From Gnetum montanum (taxonomy: Eukaryota; Plantae; Gnetophyta): a stretch of DNA of 64,000 nt. The translations under genes and the position numbers were made by a program. Under the pieces are notes generated by a model that was not told where the DNA came from, ran no database searches, and was given only the letters and a program-made list of their open reading frames with translations. The stretch covers positions 501,150 through 565,149 of the forward strand of contig MNCI01001687.1 of NCBI GenBank assembly GCA_015680685.1, given 5' to 3'. Shown here piece after piece: positions 11,474-26,020 of the stretch (position 1 is its first letter; every line of letters starts with the position of its first letter).

Positions 11474-13689
11474 CGCTGACGCTGTTGGTCCCAAGGTTGG
11501 ACCATAGGAGTTCCAGGAGGGCGTCATGATCAAGGTGAATTATTTTTCCTGTTAGAGCCTAAGACTAAGTTCAAAAATCAACGCAGGAAAATGGAACAGA
11601 TGTAAGCAGAATCAGTGCAACAAAACGGAATGAGCAACGACATCAAGAGCATCAATGCTGGAGGATCCACAAAACACCCTAGAATTTTTTACGGGAATCC
11701 CTTTTTTCAAACGCAGCATAGCATGTCATGGGATTCTTATGATGAAGCTTTTGAAGGCAGGGATTATGTTGCAGGCGAAGATTATTAGGATTTCAATTAA
11801 ATCTTGTGCTGATGCTGCAGAGATGGAGATGATCATGGAGTTACTGGAAGATTGTAAAATTCTCAGAAAAATATGTAATGTCATTCGACACATGGCCAGA
11901 CAAAGATGCCGCAGACTGGGTAAGCATTTAATATTTTTATCAGCATTTTGACTCCTCACGTGGTCTGGAATATGGATTAATTTTATCAAATTAGGGGGCA
12001 AAGATATGACTCCTAAATAGATCCTAATAAATATAATATATATATATATAACAAGTGACCTTTGTATTTTTATAATGATAATAACTTCTTATAGAAGTCA
12101 TAACCTCCTATGGTAGTTATAACTAATTTTCTAAATGTTTGTAACCACTACAAAAGACACTTGTCAACTACAACCTTTTTTTCTCCAAAATGGGCCACTT
12201 GTCAACTACATGGAACACATGTCAACTGCAACTTGTTTCTCTCCATGGTGACCACTTGGCAATTGAATGAAGACACTTGGCCATGAAATAGGACACTTGT
12301 CCATTGTAGCATTTTTATCTCTTTGGTGGTTGAAACCACCCAAGATATTTTGTAACTTCCCTACATTCCTTTGAACCCTATAAAAAGGCTTCAGGGATCA
12401 AGGAGGAGGGGGGATCATCATACATCATCACTTGAGATATCATCACACTTGGGGTCTCATACATCACACTTTGAAGGCTACTAGTTAACACTTGGGCTCT
12501 CACTTGGAGACATACTTGAGGTCTTGAGAAGAGCTTTGTAAAGAAATCGTGAATGATTGCTTGCAAGATGGCTTGCTAGAATAAATATTTCAGCCTCTTT
12601 GTCATGGTCTTGTGAGTTATGCATTTCATTTTTTGTTTTGTTTAAATTGTTTAGCTAGTGGTTTAGATAGTATCATCCTTGGCAAGTAATTTTGGGAAGT
12701 TTAGATTGCTCTTACTGTTCTTGTTTCCCAATAGAAATTTCTATTAAAATTTTGCCATAGAAGCACTTGTGTTTAAAATCCTTAAGAGCATTTTAGTAGT
12801 AAATTTTGTAATTGTGCAAGGTATGGGAACTGCTATTGGGATTGTTGTAACAGAGCCTCTATTTGTAGTCACACCGTTGAACAATTCAGTAGTCGAGAGG
12901 ATTCAGAAAATCTTTGGTATTTTGATGGGACCAGAATAGCTTCTTTTTATCTTTAAAGTGAATTCNNNNNNNNNNNNNNNNNNNNNNNNNNNNNNNNNNN
13001 NNNNNNNNNNNNNNNNNNNNNNNNNNNNNNNNNNNNNNNNNNNNNNNNNNNNNNNNNNNNNNNNNNNNNNNNNNNNNNNNNNNNNNNNNNNNNNNNNNNN
13101 NNNNNNNNNNNNNNNNNNNNNNNNNNNNNNNNNNNNNNNNNNNNNNNNNNNNNNNNNNNNNNNNNNNNNNNNNNNNNNNNNATTTGTTACAAGTAGGTAT
13201 TATAAGGACCACGTAGACTAGGTAGTTGAAGAAAATAGGAAATTTTCAACAACTCACAGTACTTGGCAAAGTTGGCTGAATCTCTTTAAAGTAAGTCATT
13301 TGTAGTTTACCCAACGCAATCATTACATTTCTCACAACCGCATGCCGCAACAACACACACACATACTCACATTAACTACTGATTTTATTTGGAGGTATCT
13401 AGGCCTTGGTGTTGCCAAAGACCAGCCAGCACCTAAATCCTGTTCGAGGACACTCGTTGGCGGTCGCGTCCCAAACGGTTGCCAACACTACCATTTCAAA
13501 TACTATCTAGTGTATAGTATGAAACCATATAATACAATACTTTACAAAAATAGATTTCTTACTACCTTTATATTTATAATCAACTACACTCATGGATAAT
13601 CCCATTGACTAGAGTTTCTTCTAAAAAAAATAAAAAGGTTAAAATCATCTCTTTAACAATGTCATTCAATGAGTTGATCATTTTGATAT

Positions 13690-15700
13690 TTAACTTCATA
13701 GAAACTGTGTCTAGCCAATAGTCCATAAGAGTTTATGATCCCAAGGATCCCACTATAGCTAAGTGTAGGAAATCACTTACACTTAGGGGGCAAAGCCTAG
13801 ATATTTAGGTGATAAACAAAGATTACTACAACTTCATTTATGCCAAAATTTAGGATGGCATGTTGATTCCAAGAATGGAAGTAGAGGCCAAAATGAAATA
13901 TAAACTTATCCACTATAATGAGAAGGAATGCGTACCTTCCCCATATGATAAAATACCTTTTATGGAAACCTATGCATACATGAAAAGGCTATCATGAATG
14001 AGCAACAATAAGAAGAGGATGGATTTGGGGATAAGTCCAAGCATGCAAATATCATGGAGGGTTTCTTCCAAAATTGATCCCGAATGCCACAATTCCTACC
14101 TGAACCCCCTTACCTTTTCCATGGGCCAAATTCCATAGTCCTCATCTTTCCCTTATTTAACCATTTTTGAAACAATGCTAGTTATAGTTGCATACCAAAC
14201 ACAATCTATGCCACAAGCAACAAACTTCTCCTTTTCCATGTCTTTTGCCACATAACCATGATCCATGCAGTCATTGTTAGTGATTGTGATCACCAATAAC
14301 ATACTTTTTACGCATATGGAGGTCATAGTAGGACCTCAAGTGACCTGACGGTCACATAACACTTCTGTTACCTTTGTATCCCAAATACTAGCACAAACCT
14401 CATTTTTGTTATTCAGCCCACCTGCAACCATGATGATCCAACCTCTTTCCTCGATGCTACAACCCATTGTGAGGCCACATGACTCCTACCTTACATTACA
14501 ACCTTTTTTTTAGAATGCATAATCCATGGGAACACCTAAAGGATTAGATTAAGCCTTTTAAATGATCTAGGACTTAAAGAAAGAGTTATGAAGGTGCAAG
14601 GCTTCCACATTTCAAACCATTGAAACTATGGATTTCTATTAGGTCAATCTCATCAATCCTATGGTTCAACATCTAACTATTCCCCTAGATTTTCCAATAC
14701 CATAGTTTTCCATGTACAATGGAAAAAGTGACTCCAAATCACACCTTATAACTTGGCCACACATAATAATGCAAATACTCCCTATGTCTCTTATAGGAAA
14801 AGCCCTAGTCGAGTACCATGGCTTACTAAGAGGATCCATATCCTCATTATAAGACTTGATTTTGCAATTTGTTATCCATTTCAAGTGTAACATGAAACCT
14901 AACACAATTTTTAATCAATTAACGAAGGTTAAGCAAGGACCCCTTAAGTCAGTGCAAAAGTCCATACAATGATAAAACACTTTTCTCAACAAAATTCTAG
15001 AACCAATAGGTAAGGCATCCTTTAGCTATATTGAATGGGGTGTTTAACAAGTTTATCATTTCAAAATTATACTATTTAGATTCATGGTCACTCAACCATA
15101 TCTTCTTCCAAACTAAAAGCATAAAGAATTTTCCAAAGGCCAACCATGACCTTGCCTACATGGCATATAAAAATCAACATGCATAAAAGGACAAGTATAG
15201 AGGAAGCCAAAATAATGTAGAGGTTGCCACTATGGCAATGAAAAACAAAATGATCATCCAACGGATAAGAACAAAACTATCAAAACCCCATGTTAACAAT
15301 GATAACCAACCTTTAATGTCTGGGGCATCCACATAGACCACTGCAAAGCCCAACTTTCAGTGAAAGAATTGGTCAAAGTATACTAGGTTACTCTTTAAGG
15401 AATTAAAACTCCTTGATCATCTATTAAAGAATGGGAGAATACATACAAGAAAATGATGAAAAATACCCAAAAGAGGCATGAAAGGCTATGTGAGATAGCT
15501 AAAGATCCTACTTGTGTAATGAAAGATGATCCTTTGATGCCTAGATACTTTAAGTATGACCATTTCTATCATTATCGTTAGCTTGCATGTCATGATACCA
15601 ACTTTTGCCTTTTGTTGAAAGATGACTTGCAAAAGATGATAGATAAGGATGAGCTAGTGCTTAATGCCTCTAACCTAGTTAGGCCTCAAAAATAATTGAT
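13690..15700 (+). pseudogene. gag: Decayed gag region of A (with N-terminal extension)
   Basis: FPIP*FSMYNGKSDSKSHL at ~14690; decayed Cys/His motif FYHYR*LACHDTNFCLLLKD at ~15565. Confidence 0.7.
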
Positions 15701-16569
15701 GCATGTCTACTAGGACTCATTGGATGCCAGCAATAGTCCATATACCATAGTAGTATTTAATGTCAACAATGATCTAATTCCTATGAATGAACTATTGTGA
15801 TTTTGATCTCCTTATAACAAAAGGAATCCTTCAACTTCCACTAGTTTAAGAACCCACTTTGTTGTAAGGATACTATCACCAAAATCCCCCATAGAGCCTT
15901 TTATACTAAGATTACATCATCCTTCCATGTCCATCAAGTCCACCTATACAACTAAACAAAAAATTCCCATGGTGGATAATGCAACAGCTTCTTCCTCAAT
16001 ACAAACCAATAATAAGAAGAAATATTCAACAAAAAAATGGAAGAAGGTTGGACAAAAGCCTAAACATAAAGAAAGTAAGCATGTCAAGACATGAAAGGAA
16101 GTGGGCCCATTGAAGCCTAATCCCACCTCATCCATGCCCATGAACTCTACCACCTAGGTTGCTTTAACGAGTAGATCATGAAAGAACCCTAAGTGCCAAG
16201 GGAAGGGGAAAGAGGCAAAGCCATAACAAAGAAAACATGTAGTCTAAATTTCTGGATTCATGGAGGAAGTTAAGAATAATAGGAGTGACAAGCTAGTGGC
16301 CAACAACAAAGACTCCCTCAATGTCATGGAATAGATTAAATAGTTTATAAAGCAAACGAATACAACCATGACCTAGTCATGACTTTTGTTGCATACCATA
16401 AAGCACTAGTTAAGATGTTGACCTCCATTGCCATAGTAAGGACATCCTTGCTAGTGAAGAATCCAACCATCTGGTGATGGTACTATCTTCATGTATGGGA
16501 GAGATGAGATTAACATCCTTAGTATTTTGTGATAAAAAAATAAATATCAATCCCCAAAATAGTGAGGTA

Positions 16570-17224
16570 ATGAAAATTCCCCTTTTTATAACTATGAGGG
16601 TATTATAATATAAAGTGCATAGACTGCATCTTGATGATGAAACCACAAAAACTATAGTACCTTATACCATCATTGATCATTTAGGCCTAACAGAGCATAC
16701 GCAATGCACATAAACTTTAGCACTTAGGTCCTTTAATAGATCATAGGTTACTATCAAAGGGTTAATCTCTCTAGAATTTGTGGAAGAGAAACAATTCCCC
16801 ACAATGGAAAACTTCTAGGTGGTGGAGAAAACACCAAGATTTAACCTTATCCTATGAAGGTCATGGCTAGCTCAATTATGCATTGTCTTCTTCCATCCAC
16901 CAATAAATTCACCTACCTTATAAGGGAGGTGAAATAATTATTCATGGTGATAGTTTCAGTCCTCTAGTAGTCAACAACATTAACATGGAATAGGAATTCA
17001 AAGTTGGGTTTCTAGAAGAAACTCCTACTATTATTCACAACATCAAAATGCCTAATGGAGTAGAATAGGCCAAGATCAACAAGTATGAATCTATTGATGT
17101 GCCATGGGGAGATCTCCCATTCAAAATTTTTAGAGAAAGGAACAAAGAATACAAGCTTATAAAAAATGGGCCATATACATTTCCTTATGTCTCAAAGATT
17201 AGGAAAAATTTCTACAAATGATAG
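16570..17224 (+). pseudogene. Decayed protease region of A
   Basis: PLFITM.. and FNLIL*RSWLAQL..IHQ*IHLPYKGGEIIIHG; homologous to C at 46430-46810 (-). Confidence 0.7.
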
Positions 17225-17569
17225 GTACCCCTGATCCTCCTACCTTATACACTTATATCCATGTAAACACTTTTACCTATAGCCTTGTAACCTATTTTAC
17301 ACTTTACCTATTGAAACACCACTAATTTTGGCCTAGCACTTTGAAATGAGAATGACTCAAAATTTAACTAAGGTAAGGAGCTCACACCCAGCTTGCTCAC
17401 GCTGTCAAGCTAGGTTACCTTCAACATGAGCAACTCCAAGAGCTTCAAAATCAAGTCAAAATAATCCAAAAATGAAAGTGCAAGCTATCCTCTAGAGTCT
17501 TTGATTTCCACTCCAAGTTTCAACATTCAGGAGTTCAAATTTTAGGTCAAATGATGTAGATTTTTCACA

Positions 17570-18140
17570 CTCACACTATAGGTCATGCTGAGCGTGAGTC
17601 CAGCGTGACCAACTTTTAGAGCCTAAAAAATGAGTAAAAATGACTTGATTTCAAGGGTGAAAGTCATCCTCAGGGTCCACTATTGATAACTATGGGTCCC
17701 AGCCTTTCGAAATTTCAGATTTCAGATAAAAATTGCATATTTTTGAGGTCACATTGCAGGTCACGCTGCAGGTCATGTTCACCGTGAGTCCAGCGTGACC
17801 ACCTTTTAGAGCCTTAAAACTGAGTCAAAACAACTTGATTTCAAGGGTTCAAGTCATCCTTAGGGTTCCCTATTGGTCCCAACCTTAAAAAATTCTATAT
17901 TTCAGCTCAAAATTGCAAGTTTTTGTGGTCACACTGTAGGTCACGTTGCAGGTCACGCTGAGCATGAGTCTAGCGTGACCAACTTTTAGAGCCCCAAAAT
18001 GAGTCAAAACGACTTGATTTCAAGGGTGCAAGTCATCCTTAGGGTTCAATATTAATAACTATGGGTCCCAACCTCTAGAAATTCCAGATTTTAGCTTAAA
18101 ATTGTAAGTGTTTAAGGTCACACTATAGGTCACGCTGCAG
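17570..18140 (+). repeat. ~180-190 bp tandem subrepeats (3 copies here; 2 copies at ~19780-20150)
   Basis: Recurrent GAGTCCAGCGTGACCAACTTTTAGAGCC...ACTTGATTTCAAGGGTG.AAGTCATCC. Confidence 0.85.
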
Positions 18141-18439
18141 GTCATGCTAAGCATGACTACAGCATGACCTACCAAAAATGGCTCGAAATTAGACATTTTC
18201 AATCTCAATTTCCAGATCTAGATCACACATACGCATGTAGTAGTTGTACTTAAAAATAGGCTTCAAAAAATTCCACATTTGGTGTCAAAAATTGCATTTT
18301 TTTCACCTCATGCTTAGGTCATGCTTCGGTCACATTGAGGTCATGCTTAGGTCATGCTGAGGTTACACTTAGCTCATGATGAGGTCATGCTTAGGTCATG
18401 CTTAGGTCACATTGAGGTCATACTGAGGTTACACTAATG

Positions 18440-19208
18440 GCACGATAGGAGTAGAATCATAGCCTTAGTGCTGTTGGGTTGTGAAATCTAGTGCTCATCG
18501 TGATAAATTGTGCCTCCTGGGTTGATGGTCATAGTATACCATGTGATGTGCCTCTTTATCGGTGTGGTGTGCTCTGGGTCTCGTTCAACCACGAAGCTAA
18601 GTGCCAAAATTCCAAAATTTCAAATGCCTTACTGGTAAAAAAATAAAATGCCAACTGCTTTTGTCGGTGAAGAAATTATGGAAGTCTCCTCCTCTTCTCG
18701 CCCCTCCCTTCTTGAAAAAGAGGGTGCAAAGGTATTTATAGGGCTAGAGTTAGTCCAAAATGTAGATCTGGCGTCACATGGTAGTGTGGTAGGTAATAAC
18801 GTGTAATAGCGAATAATAGCATGTAACATCATATAACAACACGTAACATCATGTAACAGCATAGCGTAGTAGGGTGTTACGCTATGCTACCCTACGCTCT
18901 GCACGTAATAGTGTAGCGTAGCATAAAAACGTAGCATAGCGTAGTAGCATGTAACATCATGTAGTAGCATGTAACAGCGTAGCGTAGCAGGGTGTTACAC
19001 TACACTCTATTATGCAGCGTAGCAGGGTGCTACGCTATGCAGCGTAGCAGTGCGTAACATCATGTAACTGTGCGTAACAATATAGCATTATAGGGTGTTA
19101 CATTACACTACGCTATGTAGTATAGCAAGGTGTTGAAAGTGCTATTGTTTTGACACTTGGAAAAATCTACAATTGAGATGTCGAGACCCAAAATTTTGTG
19201 GTGTTTTA
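18440..19208 (-). repeat. Truncated LTR related to element C's LTR, with (GCGTA)-rich array
   Basis: Ends GTGGTGTTTTA like 52195-52205. GGTATTTATAGGGCTAG at ~18731 matches ~50957. Confidence 0.65.
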
Positions 19209-22200
19209 GACACTAACATCCATTTAGTGTAATCTTATGCTTACTAGGGTACATTGAAATCAATTTAAGAATGAATCCATGTTTAAATCATTATTCCTAG
19301 ACAAAAAATAAATAATATAAAAAATATAAAATTGAGAAATCATTGAACGTCCTTTCAAAGGCAACTCATCCAACACTCATGCTAGCTACACCAAGTCAAG
19401 CTAGCCTATACACAAGTCACATTAAGCTTTCCCAGATTCTAGCTCATGCTAGGCGCTACTTTTTTTCTAAAAAAGTATCCTTGAAAAAAAAACTAGGACT
19501 TTCCTAGCACTTTGAAATGAGAATGACTCAAAATTTAACTAAGGCAGGGAGCTCATGCCCAGCTTGCCCAAGCCAACTTGCTCACATTGTTAAGCTTGGT
19601 TTCCTTCAGCATGAGCAACTTCAAGAGCTTTAAAATCAAGTCAAAATAGTCCAAATCTGAAGGTGCAAGCGATCCTCAAGAGTCACTGATGTCTACTCCA
19701 AGTTTCAGCATTCGGGAGTTCAAATTTTAGGTCAAATGATGAAGATTTTCCATACTCACACTGCAGGTCACGCTACAGGTCACACTGAGCATGAGTCTAG
19801 CGTGACCAACTTTTAGAGCCTCAAAACTAAGTCAAAATGACTTGATTTCAAGGGTGAAAGTCATCCCTAGGGTCCACTATTGATAACTATGGGTCCCAGC
19901 ATTCAAAAATTCCATATTTTAGCTTAAAATTGCAAGTTTTTAAGGTCACACTATAGGTCATGTTGTAGGTCACGCTGAGTGTGAGTCCAGTGTGACCAAC
20001 TTTTAGACCCTCAAAACTGAGTCAAAATGACTTGATTTCAAGGGTGCAAGTCATCCTTAGGGTTTACTATTGATAACTATGGGTCCCAACCTCTAGAAAT
20101 TCCATATTTTAGCTCAAAATTACAAGCTTTTGAGGTCACACTGTAGGTCATGTTGAGCGTGACAACATCATGACCTACCCAAAATAGCTCCAAATAAGAC
20201 ATTTTCAAGCTCAAATTTCTAGATCTAGATCACACACAGGTAGGTAGAAGTTTTACTTAAAAATAGGCTTCAAAAAATTCCAAATTTGGTGTGAGAAATT
20301 ACATTTTTTTCTGACCTCATGCTTAGGTCATGCTGAGGTCACGCCCAACGTGACTGCCCAGTGTGACTCACGCTCAAGTCACACTGGGGTCATGCCCAGC
20401 ATGATTGCCCAACATGACTATAACATGACTTCCAATGACACCTACATGAAAAAACTTCAAACACATGCCAAATATACGCTGAAGCTAGACAACTCATGTT
20501 GGAAGCCCTGGTCAAACAGAGATTCCTCGAACAGCCTCAAATTGACATCTCGATATCCTGTAGCACTCGATCCATGGTCAAGCGAGCCGGGTGAAATCCC
20601 TATTATTGTACATTTCATTGTAAATCCCCATTTGTGGGCATGTAAAGCCCTCATGGTCCAAATTAAATGTACTTTCATGGGATTGAGTAATCCAAGAGTT
20701 GTAAAATGCAATGCACCTGGTTGAAAATGTAGCTTGTCGACACACATCCAACTCATGCACAACTATCCCACACACATCCAACTCATGCACAACTATCCAT
20801 TGGACACATGTCGATTGATCCATTTTCCTATTTAATCACAATTGTTGATCCCATTCTGGAATTCCATGCCCGAGCCCGACCCAACCCTATAAATACCTTG
20901 TCAATTCACATGAAAGGGAGGTTGACAATCGGAGAGACATTGGCAATTCTGAGAACATACAGAGCTTGGCACACTTGACTCTTGGCATCCAAGCACTTCT
21001 CACACCATCACATCATTGTGTCACATCACCCCAGGGCTAGGCGTTTGACCTGCCATCCACATGTAGCTACACTTTGATCGGTGCACATCTTTTCTGACCA
21101 ATATAATTCCATTCGTTTTGTCAACCAAACATTATTTCCATTATTCTCTACTTTATGTTCTGTTTACATTCTGCTTACATTTCACATTCAACTTACATGT
21201 TTTGTTTAGTTTACATTCTGTTTACGTCTTACGTTTACAATTTACACGCATTTTACACGTTTTAAGACATTGTTTACAATAACCCCAGAGCAAGCCATAG
21301 TTTACACTCAGGGAAGTCCTTGGTTGATTTGCGTGCAAACCATCCAAGGAACTTTCCCTTTGTTCCCTTTTCTAGCTTGCCCTCAAGCGAAGGCAGGGTT
21401 GGCTATGTCTGCCCAATGATCTTTCGGTGTCTATTTCCTTCTAGCCTTACACTGATGATTTAGGTTAGTACACCTGTATTCACTATTTTATTTTCTTTAT
21501 GTTAAATTTTGATTTGCATATAGCTTGAAGTTTACTATTGTTTTTATTTTTACTTATTAAGATCTTTTCTTCTCTCTCTTAGCATATTAAATATACAAAA
21601 ATGTAATGGAAACTTTAAAACTAGAAAATCCATAAATATTTTAAAATACAAATAGAAAAAAAATATACTTTTTCCTTTATAAAATGTGGGGCTCATCATG
21701 TCCTAAAACTAGCAAGAAACATGACTTGCCATGAACTTCAATTGGCAAACATCATAGCCTAAAGTTTACTCTTATATACAATTTACTTTTGAAGGCTATT
21801 TTATTTTCTTGAAGCATTAAACATAAAAAAACCATGAATATTTTAAAACCAAAAATAGCATAAAAATATTTAAAATAAAATGGATAAAGGTTCTTCTTTT
21901 CTTGTAACAGCCTGGCATGACCTTAGATTGATAAATCGTATGGCTTATCATGGCTTTAAACAGGAAAACATCTATAGATTATTTATAACTTAGTTTACAT
22001 CCTTATAGCGTAGCCATTTTTACCATTTTAGTGTTTTATGATGCTATAAGATAGCCAATTTAGCTCTATAGTCTAAGTAAAAATGTATAATGCATGACAT
22101 ATTTAAAACATTAAACATTAGAAAACCATAAACAAAATTAAAGAAGTTTAAAGATAAAAATTGAAATATTATAACATATAAACATCATCATAAGAGTTTA

Positions 22201-22289
22201 AATAGTGTCCAAAATAATAAATAATCAATTAGAAGGCTAACACTAGCCTTAACATCATCACATTAATAACAATAGACAAGCAAGAGCAT

Positions 22290-25200
22290 CATCAAAATGG
22301 ATGCATATAAGGTGCAATTGGAGAAGCTAGAGGAGTGTCTTGAACATGATCACTACGAGGGTAGCTAGCATCATCACTAGCTCGCAATAACAATATGAAG
22401 TACAAATATGTGGCCAAAAGGATTAAACTAAGTAGAAAATAACATAGTAATAAAATAAATAAAACTAAACTAAAATAGACTAAAATAAGAAAACCTAAGA
22501 GGATTCTAAAGCAACATATTTTGTAAAAAAATTTCAAAGGCCAACCTCTAGATTGTGGAGGAGCTAATCTTTAGTCATGGTATCTCATTATACATCTCCA
22601 AGATTAATACCAGTGAAGATGTTACTCTTGTTAAAATCGCTCCATGTAGCTGGAATATGTAAGAAGGTGGTTGTAGTTACCTCCCCTAAGGCAATGGTCA
22701 TCTAATGAGTAGGTAAGGTAGCTACAATAACACTCTTTGTAAACAACATGTAGAAATCCTCTCCATTAATTCCATTCATGAATAACTTCAACTGGTGTCA
22801 TTTAGTAGACTTATCCTACAACCATTTAAGGTAGGCATCTCACTCAGCTTTGTACTTCTTCTTATGATCTTGTTATGCTTGGCCCCACTCAAGGACTCAA
22901 GCGCAATAGTCTTTCCATCCACTAGTCTTGCAGTTTAACATGTCCATTTTAACTTTCTACTCTACGACCTCTTAAGTAGGAATGACCTTTCCATGAATAG
23001 CATTCCAATATCATACCCAAGTTATTTCCTTAGTACATAAGGAGTCCCTATTGGCCATTTGAGCATCCACAAACTCTTTTTGATCCTTGAGATCCTTCAC
23101 CTCCTTGACCAAGCTCTTGTTTTCTTTATTTGATACCACAATGTGTTCCCATAAGAACTCATAGAGCATTTTCACTCCCACAGAGATTTTTCACATGAAA
23201 GTGCATATGTAGTGGCACTCTCATATAATTTGTGAGAAACATTTACCGCATCAAGAGGTAGGGCATGTAATGCATCAATCGCTATAGCCCAATTAAGATA
23301 CCATCTCTTCTTAGGAATTATAGATGCTACAATAAAAAATTTAGGCACTTGAAACTAGTTAACAACTAAAAAAAAAGATAACAAAAGCTCCATAACCACA
23401 AAAACCATGTGAAAATCAAAGACATGTAAACAACAAAGAGAAATAGATTTGAACTCTTACCAGCTTTAGGAGCTATTTGTTGCAACTAGTTCATTGTGTC
23501 CTCAATTACATCCCACATAAAGTCAATCTTATCAGGGGTATCCACCAATGGTTTCATATGGAATGTGAAGGCGAAAGCAACAAGTTGAGGCTTTAGAGCT
23601 ATGACAAGAATAATAAGCAATTACCAATTGTTATGAAATTCAAACATGAAACAACAAAGAAAAATAAAAAATAATAATACAACATATGAAACCAAAAATC
23701 ATAATTAACTAAAGGATCCTCTAGTGTGATGGCATGAGTTTCACCTAGGTTTGAATCTCTAAGAATGGCATCAAAGGTTTCCAATGGGAATGGGGTAAGC
23801 CCTCATACTCATGATTCTATAACAATTCCTCTTCATAACACCATTGTTCCACCTCTACTACTACTATAGTTGCCTATTCCTATTGCTTTCTTTCAAGAAT
23901 AGCAAACACAAAATGTATAACAACTTAATAAATTTTTCCTAAGAAAAAATGATAACTTAAGTACATTACTTAAAACATAACTTTAAAAAAATTAACAAAA
24001 AGTAATAAAAAATAGAATATACCATTGACCTCATGATGCACCTAGATAATTTTAACAATTAATCTCCTCTTCATGGGCTCCTTAATGGCTAGCATTGTCT
24101 CACCAATTAAAGGCCTCTTCATTTTTTCTCTAGCTAATCCCATAGCTTCAGTATGCAACTTCTTGGAACTTTTCACATTATCTTACTCAACATGGGACCC
24201 CTCCTCATACTATGTTAGGGGATGCACAACAATTACAACTAACTCCCTTGTTCGTGATAGAGAGTTATTCACCGACATACTTTGTTGGGTCTTGAGCTTG
24301 CATGGTTAGAATAAGATTCCTTATCCAAGGCTTGGTGTGTTGGGATGGGTCTTGAATTACTCATTGTCCATACTTACCATGAGGAACTCCATAAATCTCC
24401 ATAGGTATGCTGAAAAAAATGTGAAATGCACATTGCGCTTCATTGTGACATTATTTTAGAGCTTTAGGATTTTCCCATGCAGTCCACAAACCAAATGAGC
24501 AACCTAGTTAAATTGGGTGCCCTCAGTAGCAACCTTCTTCATGATCCATGCTTGTTCAACATCCATTATCTTTCTATGTAATAACAACTTAGGAAACCCT
24601 CGAGATCAAAATACGAAATACATCTCTCTAGCCTTTAGAACTTAGAACTAGCTTAGAGAGAATCCATTATGATCATGGCTAGTGTATAGCCACTCCTTCA
24701 TATCCGCTGAGTGGTCCACCTCCTTCCTTTCATTGGTGACAATCGTCATCCACTCATTAGGGATACTGAATAGGTCACTAAAGGTGGATTCATTAACATC
24801 CAAAGCAATAGGACACCATGAACACATTTGATAAACCTCTTAACTCTTTTGCTAAAGGTGTTGATGATGTTTACCTTCTTTACAATGGGAAAAATTGGGC
24901 TTAGTTCCATGATGAGATTGACCAAGCTTGCATGAATAATCATTACTTAAATACCCTCTAATGTGTGGTTAGCCAACCAGTGCTATGTAGGTTTTACATC
25001 ATTAAGCTTGAGGATTAATGTCTTTTCAGTGTCTTCTAAAGTGATTACTATAACTTTGAATGAGGACACAACCCCTACAACATAATGAAGAAATGGCATG
25101 TTAGTCTTAACATAGGTACATCATATAACAAATATGATCAAATTAAAACAAAACTAGTGTTGTGTTTTAAATAGCCAAAGCCTAGATAACTCAATGAACA

Positions 25201-26020
25201 CATAACTAGTAAAACATTTACATGAGGATAATCAAAATAAACAAGAAAAATAATCACTTTGCTTATATGATAAAGGTAACATAGGAAGTCTAGGAGATGG
25301 ATTCACTTCTACATCACGAGGTGGATTTTTCCACTAACTATGTATCATAATATTAGCTAGAGACCTCTAGTAGGCCTTAGGATGGTTCTTGATATAATTG
25401 TTAAAATCATCCTTTAGTTGGTCCATCATCTCAAGCCTCACTATTGGGCTTTTAGTAAACACCTACAATGTTGTTTGGACTAAGTGTAAAAAATTGTCAC
25501 ACTTGATTAATCATTGTTCATTTACACTATACATGTAGGTGATTAAAACAATTAAAATTACTATAACGTAATTACATAATAAGAGAGAAATAATGATAAA
25601 CTAAAGATGACCAATCATCAAAGTGTTTTTAGTGTTGTATTGATGAAAGTTTGGCATCTCCCATATTTTGGATAATTTATGAGTGGCGATGGTGATTATG
25701 TCATCATGTGTGTCACCCTTTGCATTGTTCTTAGGATTATTAACTATGAACTTGATGATCATGCTACAAGAGCAAGGCAAAAGGGTTTCCACAGTAATAA
25801 CTCTTGGATGGAATGCCAAATGTGGCCAAACCATCACAATGAAGTTTTATAACAAGTAGGCTATCCTAGCCTTAACCACAAAGAGAGGTGTTCTATCTCC
25901 ATGAAAAGAGGTGGAGTGTTGGACCTTGGAATGTGAATGCAACATAAGAGCCCCATCAACTCAATCACGATTATGCTAGGCTTCAAGAAGGCCTTGTACC
26001 ATCCAAAAAACAACCATTAC
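22290..26020 (-). pseudogene. Antisense multi-exon accessory gene of A, unknown function (decayed)
   Basis: Peptides colinear with C's gene, e.g. FPKLLLHRKIMDVEQAWIMKKVATEGTQFN*VAHLVCGL...VHFTFFSAYLWRFMEFLMV. GT-AG introns at 23327-23460 and 23599-23744. Confidence 0.8.

Larger units (their letters stand above)
9859..12965 (+). repeat. 3' LTR of element B (partial; includes a mis-oriented contig 10103-10502)
   Basis: Direct repeat of ~4040-4281 and ~4577-6918; bounded by gaps. Confidence 0.9.
4008..13181 (+). mobile_element. Element B: younger LTR retrotransposon with ~3.4 kb LTRs, gag + protease; probably non-autonomous; inserted in A's leader
   Basis: TGTTGG (4008)...CCAACA (7419); perfect PBS; gag/PR ORFs; second LTR copy 9859-12965 running into a gap. 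TSD is not checkable. Confidence 0.88.
17312..21472 (+). mobile_element. Rearranged solo-LTR-type insertion S1 (partial duplication plus internal inverted LTR fragment)
   Basis: TGAAACACCAC...GTTAGTACA; flanks CCTAT/CCTGT; 17332-~18430 repeated at 19503-~20345; TATA CTATAAATACC ~20887; 3' part homologous to S2. Confidence 0.75.

Noticed and set aside
11655-12001. 98/91-aa ORFs in B's LTR as real genes
   Set aside because: Interrupted by stops in the other LTR copy; no recognisable family.
7071-13221. ORFs rich in X (also 59450-60067)
   Set aside because: Artefacts of N gaps.
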